From positions 224,001 through 288,000 of the forward strand of contig CBDUPA010000002.1 in NCBI GenBank assembly GCA_965368975.1: 64,000 bases of DNA, written 5' to 3'. The position numbers and the translations under genes were made by a program. The stretch comes from an uncultured bacterium (GTDB lineage: Bacteria > Acidobacteriota > Thermoanaerobaculia > Multivoradales > JAHZIX01). Shown piece after piece: positions 1-8,277 of this stretch (its first letter is position 1; the number at the start of each line of letters is the position of its first letter). The notes below the pieces were generated by a model that was not told the DNA's origin, ran no database searches, and saw only the letters and a program-made list of their open reading frames with translations.

Positions 1-598
1 GGCGGGCCAGCCAGATCAGCTCGACGTCGAAGGCGAAACGGTCGACGATCATCATGGCGAACACCTGGCGCGCCAAGTCACCGTCGATTAGCTTGAAGCC
101 ACACTGCGTGTCGTGCAAGCCGGTGATGCCGACCAGGCGCAGGATGAAGTTGAAGGTCTTGCCCATGAATTCACGGTAGAACGGCTGCCGCTCGGTGATC
201 TGGGATTCCGCCACCGCCCGGCTGCCGAGCACCAGCGGTGCCCGCGGTAGCTCTGCCTCCAACTTTTCGACTTCCTCGATCGGTGTCGACATGTCGGCGT
301 CGCACAGGAGTACACGCTGACCGCGACTCGCCAGCACGCCGGCCCGCAGCGCCGCGCCCTTGCCTCGATTGGCTGGCTGCACCAGTACACGCACGCCACG
401 GTCCTCGGAGCCGAGAGCCTCGAAACCACGTGCGACCTCGACGGTGGCGTCGCGGCTGCCGTCGTCTACCACCAGCACCTCGGCGGAGAGATTCCGTGCC
501 TGCAGATAGCCACACACACGCTGCAGCGTGCTGGGCAAACGCTTGGCTTCGTTGTAGGCCGGAATGACGATGGAGAGTTCTGGCGCGGACGGCTGCAT
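1..598 (-). CDS. Glycosyltransferase family 2 (dolichyl-phosphate glucosyltransferase-like), 3' end outside window
   Basis: Manual translation of the minus strand from ATG 598: MQPSAPELSIVIPAYNEAKRLP...VVDDGSRD...NRGKGAA...CDADMS...DTQCGFK...FAFDVE. Absent from the ORF track because it has no stop in the window. Confidence 0.9.
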   Translation of the reverse strand, partial: MQPSAPELSIVIPAYNEAKRLPSTLQRVCGYLQARNLSAEVLVVDDGSRDATVEVARGFEALGSEDRGVRVLVQPANRGKGAALRAGVLASRGQRVLLCDADMSTPIEEVEKLEAELPRAPLVLGSRAVAESQITERQPFYREFMGKTFNFILRLVGITGLHDTQCGFKLIDGDLARQVFAMMIVDRFAFDVELIWLAR

Positions 599-627
599 GG
601 CGCCGGGATCATAGCAGTTGCGCGCGT

Positions 628-1395
628 TCATTCTGGCGTCCGTGCCACTGCCGCCGCCTCGACCCAGCGCGCGCCCGCCCGCTTCAGCTCCAGCGCCGCC
701 GCGTGCAGCGTCGCCCCGGTGGTGACCACATCGTCGATCAGTAGGACCCGAAGACCTGCCACCCGTGCCGGTCGATGGCAGCGGAAGCGCCCTTGCAAGC
801 TGCGCAAACGCTCCTTGCGACTCTGGCGACTCTGCGGCAGAGCTCCACCGCGGCGGCGCAGGCAGTCGACCAGCGGAAGGTCCAGGCGCCGTGCGACCGG
901 TCGCGCGATCAGCTGCGCCTGGTTGTAGCCGCGCCGCAACTGCCGCCGCCAGTGCAGCGGTACCGCGACCACCGCGTCGAAGGACTCGTCGCGTTCCACC
1001 CGACTACCGACTCCTTGCACCAAGCCCACCAGGCCCTGTGCCAGATCCTCCGCCAAGTACTCCAGTCGGCGGAACTTGAGCGCCAGGATCACCGCGTCGA
1101 GCGGTGGCTGGTACCGCCACACCGCGTGCAGCCGCCGGTAGGCCAACCGCCGATGCCGGCACGTCTCACAGCGGTACGGCGCCTGCGCCATCAAGGCGGC
1201 GGCAACTGGATCCAGGAGCACCGGCGCCGCACATCCACAGCCCGTGCACGCGGATGCCGGATGCTGGACCAGGCGCCCCCTGCAGCACCGGCACAATCCG
1301 AGTGCCCCTGATCGGTCGGCAGCGCCGGTCTCGGCGGCCGAGCGGCCACAGCCCAGGCACGGGGATGGCAGCAGGAAATCCAGCAAGCGCCGCAC
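628..1395 (-). CDS. comF: ComF family protein (double zinc ribbon + phosphoribosyltransferase domain)
   Basis: LDFLLPSPCLGC, several CxxC pairs, VPLH..R..RGYNQA, VLLIDDVVTTGAT. Start placed at GTG 1395; the ORF track extends to 1506. Confidence 0.88.
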   Translation of the reverse strand: MRRLLDFLLPSPCLGCGRSAAETGAADRSGALGLCRCCRGRLVQHPASACTGCGCAAPVLLDPVAAALMAQAPYRCETCRHRRLAYRRLHAVWRYQPPLDAVILALKFRRLEYLAEDLAQGLVGLVQGVGSRVERDESFDAVVAVPLHWRRQLRRGYNQAQLIARPVARRLDLPLVDCLRRRGGALPQSRQSRKERLRSLQGRFRCHRPARVAGLRVLLIDDVVTTGATLHAAALELKRAGARWVEAAAVARTPE

Positions 1396-1522
1396 GTCAG
1401 GCCACCCACGCTTGTGACAAGGAAGCTCGTGATCCGTAGGATCCAGCGTCAACAGTCTGTCCGCGGGGCCCTGAGATATACTCCCGTTCCCCTGGAGAGT
1501 CCGCACCTAGAAGGAGAGCAAC

Positions 1523-2113
1523 GTGAAGCGGTCGAGCACTGAACGCAAGCCCCGAGTCGCAGCAAAGATCCTGGTCGCCCTGTGCGCCTGCCTGAGCCTG
1601 GCGGCGCTGCCGTCGGCGGTTCAAGCGCAAGATCTCTACACTTATGGCGTCGGCGTCTTCGGTGGCTTCGGCGGCTCCTTCGACGTCAACCCCGACGCCG
1701 GCCTCGACAACATCAGCCTGCAGGCCAGCTTCTCGATGCTCACCGAGCGCCGCACCCTGGTCAGCTTGCGCGTCGGTAGCATCGACTTCAGCGGCGACTC
1801 CGGAAAGAACGGCTTCGACGTCTTCAGCGAAGCGGACCTCACCTACCTCACGGTCGCCGGTGAGTACCGGGTGCGCCGCGCCTACTACGATTCCGGCCTC
1901 TTCCTCGGCCTCGGCGGCTACCGTCTGGAGGGCACCCTCCCGGGCGGCGGCACAGACGACGAGACCGCCCTCGGCTTTACGGCCGGTGTCACCGGCGAGT
2001 TCCCGATCAACTCGCGCTTCAGCGTCCAGGTCGAGTTCGCCGGCCACTTCGCGAACCTCGACACCGCACAGTTCTTCGGCACCGGACATTTCGGCCTCGT
2101 CTGGCACTTCTAA
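1523..2113 (+). CDS. Outer-membrane beta-barrel protein (OmpA/OMP_b-brl-like)
   Basis: RBS AAGGAG, signal peptide ending AVQA, alternating beta-strand pattern, C-terminal W-H-F. Confidence 0.75.
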   Translation: MKRSSTERKPRVAAKILVALCACLSLAALPSAVQAQDLYTYGVGVFGGFGGSFDVNPDAGLDNISLQASFSMLTERRTLVSLRVGSIDFSGDSGKNGFDVFSEADLTYLTVAGEYRVRRAYYDSGLFLGLGGYRLEGTLPGGGTDDETALGFTAGVTGEFPINSRFSVQVEFAGHFANLDTAQFFGTGHFGLVWHF

Positions 2114-2155
2114 CTCGTCTGACACTTCTAGAGGCAGGGCCGGCCGAAGACCTCC

Positions 2156-2821
2156 TCAGAGGTCGACCGACATCACCCTCTCTCCGGCCGCCACGCGCCG
2201 GATGACGTCGTCGAGCATGGCCCGGATACGCGCGTTGTCCCAGTCCGTCGCGCCGATGAAGCGATCCACCACCTGCCCGTCGAAGCGCAGCGCGATCTTC
2301 TGCCCGTCGACCAGCAGATAGGTTTCCGGCAGCTTTTCCGTGCCGTAGCGGTTGGCCACGTCCCAATCCGGATCGTGCAGCACCGCGAACGCTCGGTCAC
2401 CCACGAAGTCGCCCACCGCCTCCACGTCGTCGTCGACAGCCACCATCATGATCTGGAAGCCTGGCTTGCCGTTGAAATCATCGGCCAGTCGCTGCAGCGC
2501 CGGGATCTCGGTGATGCACGGCGGGCACCAGGTGGCCCAGAAGTGCAGCAGCGTGATCTGCGTCATGTGCTCGCCAAGTTTGGTCGGCCGTCCCTGCGCG
2601 TCCAGCACTGATCCTCCCGGCTTGAACCCCTCTTCTCCCTTCGGCATCAGCAAAGCCGCCAGCGTGAAGACGACGGCCAGGACGAATAGCAGCTTTCCCT
2701 GCCACCCCATTCCCCGCCCCTCGTCCTTCGGCGCCTGCGGCGCATAGTCCGCCGGCCGCGGCAAGGCGTCCAATTCAGTGGCTTCATCAGTCGGAGTTTC
2801 CTTCGGCGTCTCAGTGCTCAT
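2156..2821 (-). CDS. TlpA/ResA-family membrane-anchored thiol:disulfide oxidoreductase
   Basis: TM helix, LLHFWATWCPPC, LPETYL. Confidence 0.88.
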   Translation of the reverse strand: MSTETPKETPTDEATELDALPRPADYAPQAPKDEGRGMGWQGKLLFVLAVVFTLAALLMPKGEEGFKPGGSVLDAQGRPTKLGEHMTQITLLHFWATWCPPCITEIPALQRLADDFNGKPGFQIMMVAVDDDVEAVGDFVGDRAFAVLHDPDWDVANRYGTEKLPETYLLVDGQKIALRFDGQVVDRFIGATDWDNARIRAMLDDVIRRVAAGERVMSVDL

Positions 2822-2957
2822 GTCGGGATTGTATCCTTGTCACGAATCTCTCTGCACACCGTTGACACGTCTCGAATGTCTCGCTAGACTCCCGGTTCCG
2901 GCGCGGGAATTCGTCGCGCCCACTGTCCACAAGACAGAAGCTGGTTTGACAAAACGT

Positions 2958-3033
<76 letters not shown>

Positions 3034-3078
3034 ATCTTCTCGGGTCGCTCCAGAACCCGGGACAGTCAACATCACCGC

Positions 3079-3110
3079 ACGCCGCCTTCAGGGCGGCGTT
3101 TGGCGTTTTG
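3079..3110 (+). terminator. Probable intrinsic terminator after tRNA-Ala
   Basis: ACGCCGCC-TTCAG-GGCGGCGT hairpin followed by TTGGCGTTTTG. Confidence 0.6.
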
Positions 3111-3133
3111 GTTACTCTTCACCAAGGATCTGC

Positions 3134-3625
3134 ATGAACCCACAAATCCGTCCCGTCGCCGACATGTACCGGTTCAACACGCACTGCGTGCGTCGCGCGC
3201 TGGCCGATCTGACCGCCGACCAAGCCGGCCATCGGTGGCGACAGGGCGAGGGGAGTTCCATCGCATTCTTGGTCGGACATCTGCTGTCTTCACGCTGTGG
3301 ACTTCTCAAGCGCTTCGACGCACGCCAAGATAACCCTTGGGCAGACGACTTCGGCAGCCAGGCTCAACCCAAAGACATTCAGGAGTATCCGTCGTTCGAA
3401 CAACTGGTCCGCGACTGGGACGATGTTGCAGCACAACTGGACACACTGCTGGCCGGATTCGACGATGCGACTCTCGAAGCACCAGCGGACGGCTTCCCAA
3501 TCGCCGACCAGACGGCGCGCGGTGCCCTGATGTTCCTGGCCTGGCACGAGACCTACCATGTCGGTCAGATCGGCCTGATGCGGACTGAGTTGGATCTGCC
3601 CGCGATAAAGGACATCGCTTCCTGA
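3134..3625 (+). CDS. DinB family protein
   Basis: SIAFLVGHL and FLAWHETYHVGQI His motifs typical of DinB/YfiT four-helix bundles. Confidence 0.82.
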   Translation: MNPQIRPVADMYRFNTHCVRRALADLTADQAGHRWRQGEGSSIAFLVGHLLSSRCGLLKRFDARQDNPWADDFGSQAQPKDIQEYPSFEQLVRDWDDVAAQLDTLLAGFDDATLEAPADGFPIADQTARGALMFLAWHETYHVGQIGLMRTELDLPAIKDIAS

Positions 3626-3633
3626 CAGAGCGA

Positions 3634-3852
3634 GAGGCCGCTCTGCGCGAGGCCGGGAGCAGTATGGCGGAGGTGGTGCGGGTGCACTACATCTTCCCGG
3701 ATCGTCGCGACTTCGAGCCGTGCTGGCCAGTATTGAACAAGTACTTCGGAGATATTCGGCCCGCCGCGACCTTCTTCGTTGCAGGGCTGCACGACGAACG
3801 GATGAAGCTGGAGGTCGAGGTGACGGCTGCTTTGCGAAACCCGTCACTATAG
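3634..3852 (+). pseudogene. 5'-truncated RidA/YjgF family gene remnant
   Basis: EAALREAGSSMAEVVRVHYIFPDRRDFEPCWPVLNKYFGDIRPAAT...MKLEVEVTA is the C-terminal half of a RidA protein. The N-terminal half is missing and the DinB stop lies immediately upstream. Confidence 0.7.
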
Positions 3853-3934
3853 AGGCCGACTAGAGGAGGCACAGGGTCCTTGCTCAGTGGCACGAGTCGA
3901 TGCTTCGGCCTTCGTAGTATGCTGATCGCACCTC

Positions 3935-4276
3935 ATGGCCGATCAGCACGAGATCTCCGTCGCGGGGCTGAGCTATCGCTATCCGGGAGGTGAGAAGCTC
4001 GCCATCGATTGCCTGGACTTCGACGTCCAGAAGGGTGAGATCTTCGGCTTTCTCGGTCCCAGCGGATCAGGGAAGACGACGACGTAGAGGGTGCTGATCG
4101 GCTTGCTTGGCAACTATGAGGGGAACGTATCCGTCTTTGGACGCGATCTGACCTCGTGGAAAGGTGACCTCTACGAGCGCATCGGCTGCCCCTTCGAGCT
4201 ACCGACGACTGCACTCGCAGGAAAAGCTACTCTGGAAGAGGTCTTCCTGCAGGTGACGGGTCGGAGTCTGTCTTGA
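3935..4276 (+). pseudogene. ABC transporter ATP-binding protein remnant (nonsense mutation and internal deletion)
   Basis: [16 protein letters not shown]...[17 protein letters not shown] then in-frame TAG at 4085-4087. It continues RVLIGLL...FELP and jumps straight to the C-terminal ATLEEVFLQVTGRSL; signature and Walker B motifs are absent. Confidence 0.8.
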
Positions 4277-4491
4277 GGCGCCTGGCCTCAACACTGACCT
4301 GGGACATTCGAGTGCAGTGGCAGCTCGTGATGGGGCTGCTGCCAACCTACTGGCCTGCCAAGGCGTTCTGGATGTATGCCGTCGACGAGTCAGGCGCACC
4401 GCTCTTCCTCGCCGTCGGCTGGATCTACCAGGCTTTGCTGCTGCGCCTCCTCTTGGGCCGTGTCGCGCGATCTCTGGCGAGTAAGAGCTGA
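4273..4491 (+). pseudogene. ABC-2 permease remnant (collapsed N- and C-terminal fragments)
   Basis: Overlaps the ATPase stop. Only 72 aa: MRRLASTLTWDIRVQW joined to GLLPTYWPAKAFW and a terminal TM helix. Confidence 0.6.
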
Positions 4492-4584
4492 TCCATGGCC
4501 CCAGGGCCTACCGAGCTGAGACACGACGTATCCCGCCTCCGTCCACCTCACCCACTCGACGACCGCGTTGCACGCAGCGGAACC

Positions 4585-5286
4585 TCAGAACGGATTGGTC
4601 GCAAAGACCGAGAACTCGGGAATGAAACCCCGATCGTCGATCTCGAGCGCCCCGACGATGGCGTCGGCGATCTCCTGAGCACGCAGCTTCTTGGGTGAGG
4701 GTTCCTGCTGGTAGCCCGCCTTGGCGCCAAACTCGGTCAGCACTTCACTCGGATTGACCAGCATGACGCGCACGTTGTGCCGCCGTAGCTCGTCGCGCCA
4801 GCATTCCGTCATGCCGCGCAGGGCGAATTTCGACGACGAATACGCCGTGGCGCTACGTCCGCCCTTGAGACCCGAGGTCGAGGAGATGTTGATCAGGTTG
4901 CCCGACTGCTGATCGACGAAGACCTTGGCCGCTTCGCGCGCCATCAAGAAGGCCCCGAAGACGTTGGTGCGGTAGACCGCCTCGAGATCGGACAGTTCCA
5001 TCTCGACCAGCGGGGCGAAGCGTCCGAAACCGGCGTTGTTGACCAGGATATCGAGGCGGCCGTGCTGGTCGACGAAATCACGGACCGTCCGGACCGCGTC
5101 CTTTTCGTCGCCTACGTCACCCGCGGCCCAGCCGACTCCGATCTCGTCCGCTGCTGCCTCGAGGGCGTCCGCCCGTCGACCCGTGATGACGACATCCGCT
5201 CCTTTGCTCTTGAAAGCGGCGGCGACTGCCTTGCCGATTCCTTCACTGCCACCGGTGACGAGAGCTTTGGCTCCTTGCAAGTGCAT
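4585..5286 (-). CDS. SDR family oxidoreductase
   Basis: TGGSEGIG, NNAG, YSSSK. Start MHLQG at 5286, preceded by AAGGAG. Confidence 0.92.
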   Translation of the reverse strand: MHLQGAKALVTGGSEGIGKAVAAAFKSKGADVVITGRRADALEAAADEIGVGWAAGDVGDEKDAVRTVRDFVDQHGRLDILVNNAGFGRFAPLVEMELSDLEAVYRTNVFGAFLMAREAAKVFVDQQSGNLINISSTSGLKGGRSATAYSSSKFALRGMTECWRDELRRHNVRVMLVNPSEVLTEFGAKAGYQQEPSPKKLRAQEIADAIVGALEIDDRGFIPEFSVFATNPF

Positions 5287-5612
5287 GGTGAACACTCCTT
5301 TCAGCGTTTCGACGTTCTCGGTGATATGGATCGGTAGGGTACCGCCCGAGAGACCCACAAGACAAGCCACAATCCGGAGGCTGAGCAACCCCACCCCAAG
5401 AGATTGGGACAGAACCCACTAGGAGGGTATGGCCCTGCTTGCCGGGTCTGTATAGAAAGAGGAGAGGACTCCGTGATGGGCCGAAGTTCCCTTAGGAAAT
5501 CAGGAACTCTCATGGACATTCGACAGGATAGCGATGGACCTGAGTTTCAACTCATCCGACGAGCAAAGGTGACGCCACACAAGCCAACTTGGAACTGGCA
5601 AGGAGGTTTACC

Positions 5613-6293
5613 ATGCTCAGCACCAACGCTCGACTCTCGTGTTGCTGCCTTGCGCTGCTGCTCGCCACGAGCATCTTGCAAGCGCCACTACCCGCGCAGG
5701 AAATCACTGTCCAAAAACCCACTGTAGCGACAGGTAGCCATCTCATCGCACCGGGAACGGTGGATCTGCAGTTTCACCGCCCCCTGGAGTTTCTCCAGCC
5801 TGAATTGAAACCGCTTTCCGTGCCCTGCTACACGAGTCTCCTGTGGGAATCCCGCTTCGACTCAGACTTCGAGTTTCACTACCGGTGGGCCTGGCAGCAG
5901 AAAAAGAACGGTGACCGGCATCTCCTGGTGTCGCGACTGAACCAGAACATCGATGAAGTGATCCGGTGTCTCTCGAAAGAAGTAGAGAAAGGGGCCAATC
6001 TCGAGGCCATCACCAGGGCCTGGGCCGTCATCTACGGCAACATGAGCGTAGGTCTGGTGGAGTACATCGCACGATACAACCTCGCGGATGATCTGGGCTT
6101 GAGCGAGACTCAGGCTTCCACGAACTTCCTCGAACACTATCAGTGGGCGGAAGATGCTCCTCTGAGTCGTTCGGCCCGAGAACTCAAAGCCAAGGTGTCC
6201 AAGGTCATCGGCTCCGAGAAGCTCGGCTTTGTGGACTGGCTGTACGCTCGCTCCATGATGGAGATGGTGATGAAGCTCAGCATGGGGCGGTAG
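5613..6293 (+). CDS. Hypothetical secreted protein
   Basis: AGGAGG RBS at 5601, signal peptide ending PLPA-Q; no recognisable domain. Confidence 0.7.
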   Translation: MLSTNARLSCCCLALLLATSILQAPLPAQEITVQKPTVATGSHLIAPGTVDLQFHRPLEFLQPELKPLSVPCYTSLLWESRFDSDFEFHYRWAWQQKKNGDRHLLVSRLNQNIDEVIRCLSKEVEKGANLEAITRAWAVIYGNMSVGLVEYIARYNLADDLGLSETQASTNFLEHYQWAEDAPLSRSARELKAKVSKVIGSEKLGFVDWLYARSMMEMVMKLSMGR

Positions 6294-6320
6294 CCGGCGA
6301 CCTGTCCTGACTCTTTCAAG

Positions 6321-6364
6321 CACACGAATTCACCCAAAGCACACGAACTCACCCAAAACACACG
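6321..6364. repeat. 19-bp tandem repeat, about 2.3 copies
   Basis: CACACGAATTCACCCAAAG / CACACGAACTCACCCAAAA / CACACG. Confidence 0.75.
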
Positions 6365-6393
6365 GGGCGGAGCCTGTTGAAGGCTCCGCCCCG
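6363..6393. terminator. Hairpin between convergent genes (probable terminator)
   Basis: CGGGGCGGAGCCT-GTTGA-AGGCTCCGCCCCG perfect 13-bp stem; T-rich tail on the minus strand. Confidence 0.7.
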
Positions 6394-6413
6394 ATTCAAC
6401 TTTCTGAGCTGTT

Positions 6414-6743
6414 TCAGCAGGTCCAGGTGGTACCGACGCAGGTGCACTCGACCTTCGCCCAGCTGCTTCCGGAAGTATCGATGCAACCACGCGACTGCCC
6501 CGGAGTCTCGCAGTAGTCGCCGCAGTGCGGAATCGGGAACGGCAGGGCAAACTGGAGCGTCTCCTGCTCGACGCCGATGGCGCTCTGCTGGCAGGTGTCA
6601 GCTTCCTGGGTCTCTGGGGTCGTCACGACGTCCGGCTCGAGCAGATCGGCCGTTGCGGGGGCGTCGGGCGCCTGGGCACTGGCGAGCAACGGTAGGGCCA
6701 GCAGCGGCAGAGCGAACAGGACGACGAATGCGATTCTCCTCAT
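6414..6743 (-). CDS. Small secreted cysteine-rich protein
   Basis: GGAGG RBS; MRRIAFVVLFALPLLALPLLASA signal peptide, acidic linker, C-terminal domain with 6 Cys ending in WTC. Confidence 0.8.
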   Translation of the reverse strand: MRRIAFVVLFALPLLALPLLASAQAPDAPATADLLEPDVVTTPETQEADTCQQSAIGVEQETLQFALPFPIPHCGDYCETPGQSRGCIDTSGSSWAKVECTCVGTTWTC

Positions 6744-6841
6744 GGGAAACCTCCTAGTGGTTATCGATGATGGAGTGCACATTACCATGCTCCGCATTCT
6801 TCAACTGCGTTAGGAAGATGTGTTTCAGTGCCGAGTTCTCG

Positions 6842-7255
6842 TCAATGCCAGAGTCCGAAGACGGCGCCGATCAGCGTGAAGACCAGCGTGTGATAGCCAG
6901 CGTTGATCGCCCACAGCTTGAAGCTGCGACGCTCGAACAGGTCGTTGACGCCGAACGAGAAGCCGACCCAGAACAGGCCTGCGGCGAAGCCGGCTCCGGC
7001 GGCGAAGGGGAGCGCGGGAGCGGGGCCGAGGAACATGCCGAAGACCCAGGCGGCGGCGAAGAGCAGGACGAAGGAGATGCCGAAGATCTTCGCCGGATTG
7101 CCGGCGGCGAGCTGTTCGTCGCTGAGGCCGGCCTCGCGCTGCCAGGGCTTGGCGAAGAGGGCCGGGGAGTACCAGAGGCCACCGAGTACGAAGGGCACGA
7201 AGGCGGCGACCAGGGTCTGGAGCAGAGGCGGGAAGTACGGAGCTGCGGTTTCCAT
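6842..7255 (-). CDS. DUF1761 family membrane protein
   Basis: GGLWYSP.LF.K.W and FERRSFKLWAINAGY; 4 TM segments. Confidence 0.85.
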   Translation of the reverse strand: METAAPYFPPLLQTLVAAFVPFVLGGLWYSPALFAKPWQREAGLSDEQLAAGNPAKIFGISFVLLFAAAWVFGMFLGPAPALPFAAGAGFAAGLFWVGFSFGVNDLFERRSFKLWAINAGYHTLVFTLIGAVFGLWH

Positions 7256-7311
7256 GGATGAATCTCCTCTTGGGTTGTGTGAGGAGCATCCTAGGCAGGT
7301 GGTGCGAGACT

Positions 7312-7330
7312 GTCTTGGAAAAAATGGAAC
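7312..7330 (-). promoter_or_regulatory. Candidate AraC(DUF6597)-activated promoter element
   Basis: GTTCCATTTTTTCCAAGAC, then 18 nt, then TAGGAT upstream of the DUF1761 gene. A matching element lies at 22633-22651. Confidence 0.45.
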
Positions 7331-7339
7331 TCTGGTGCC

Positions 7340-8266
7340 TCACTCTGCTGGAGCAGGGGGCGCTGGAGCGGGAGTCGCGAGCAGCGGCTCCTCGGAAACG
7401 AGGCTGAAGTCGTCGGGGGCGAGGCGCCGCGAGAGTTCAGTGGGGGTGACGCCCGCGAGTTCGCGGAAGTCGCGCACCAGGTGGGCTTGGTCGAAGTAGC
7501 CCCGGTCCACCGCGACGTCGGCCCAGCTGGCGGGGCGGGGACGACGCAGGTTCTCGACAGTGGCAACGAAGCGCACGATGCGAGCGAAGGCCTTGGGCGC
7601 CAGACCCACATCTTCCTGGAAGCGGCGCGAAAAGTAGCGGTGCGAGAAGCCGGACTCGCGCACCAGGTCACGGATGGCGACACGCCCCTGGCTGCGCTCG
7701 ATCGCGGCAATGGCGTGGCGCACCTCACCGCGTACTGCGTGGCCAGCCGCCAGTCGTCGCTCGACGTCATCGACCAGCAGCAGCAGGCGGCCACGCAGGG
7801 TGGGTTCCGCGAGCAAGCGATCGCGAAGGTCGTCGGCGCTGGGTCCGAGCAGTTCGCTCAGCGCGACCACGTGGCCGCGAATCTCGGTCGGCGGCAGGCC
7901 GAGGTAGGGCAGCACACCTTGAGGCTGCAGGCGGATCGCCGCCATGCCGGCTTGACCATCCGATTCGACGTCGAGCGGTCGCTGTTGCAGTCCGGAGATC
8001 CAGGACGTCTCGAAGGTCTCGACGCTACCGTCGTTCCCGAACAGCTGGCCCGGCTCGCCGAGGGTGAAGAGCACTTCGGTGGACGAGCGTGGCAGGATGA
8101 TCGAACGCGCGTCGGCGCCGTGGAGGTCGGCGACCCAGAACATCTCCACGACCTCGGCCAGGGGGCCGGAGGGAAAGGCGGCGGCCCAGCTCCAGCACCC
8201 GAGCGGGGAGTCGACCTCGATCGACTCGAAGCGCAGCTCAGAGACCGGAGCCGTGGCCAACCGCAT
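7340..8266 (-). CDS. AraC family transcriptional regulator (DUF6597 N-terminus)
   Basis: C-terminal SHRYFSRRFQEDVGLAPK...GYFDQAHLVRDFRELAGVTP. Confidence 0.9.
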   Translation of the reverse strand: MRLATAPVSELRFESIEVDSPLGCWSWAAAFPSGPLAEVVEMFWVADLHGADARSIILPRSSTEVLFTLGEPGQLFGNDGSVETFETSWISGLQQRPLDVESDGQAGMAAIRLQPQGVLPYLGLPPTEIRGHVVALSELLGPSADDLRDRLLAEPTLRGRLLLLVDDVERRLAAGHAVRGEVRHAIAAIERSQGRVAIRDLVRESGFSHRYFSRRFQEDVGLAPKAFARIVRFVATVENLRRPRPASWADVAVDRGYFDQAHLVRDFRELAGVTPTELSRRLAPDDFSLVSEEPLLATPAPAPPAPAE

Positions 8267-8277
8267 GGGCAACGGCG

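Noticed and set aside
4085-4087. In-frame TAG in the ABC ATPase as possible pyrrolysine or stop recoding
   Set aside because: The gene also lacks its signature and Walker B regions, and TAG terminates many intact genes here. A CAG to TAG nonsense mutation in a pseudogene is simpler.
5404-5727. 107-aa ORF upstream of and overlapping the secreted hypothetical
   Set aside because: Overlaps a better-supported gene out of frame, has atypical codon usage and no recognisable features.
6321-6364. Repeat as a possible CRISPR remnant
   Set aside because: Units are 19 bp, directly adjacent with no spacers, and there are no cas genes.
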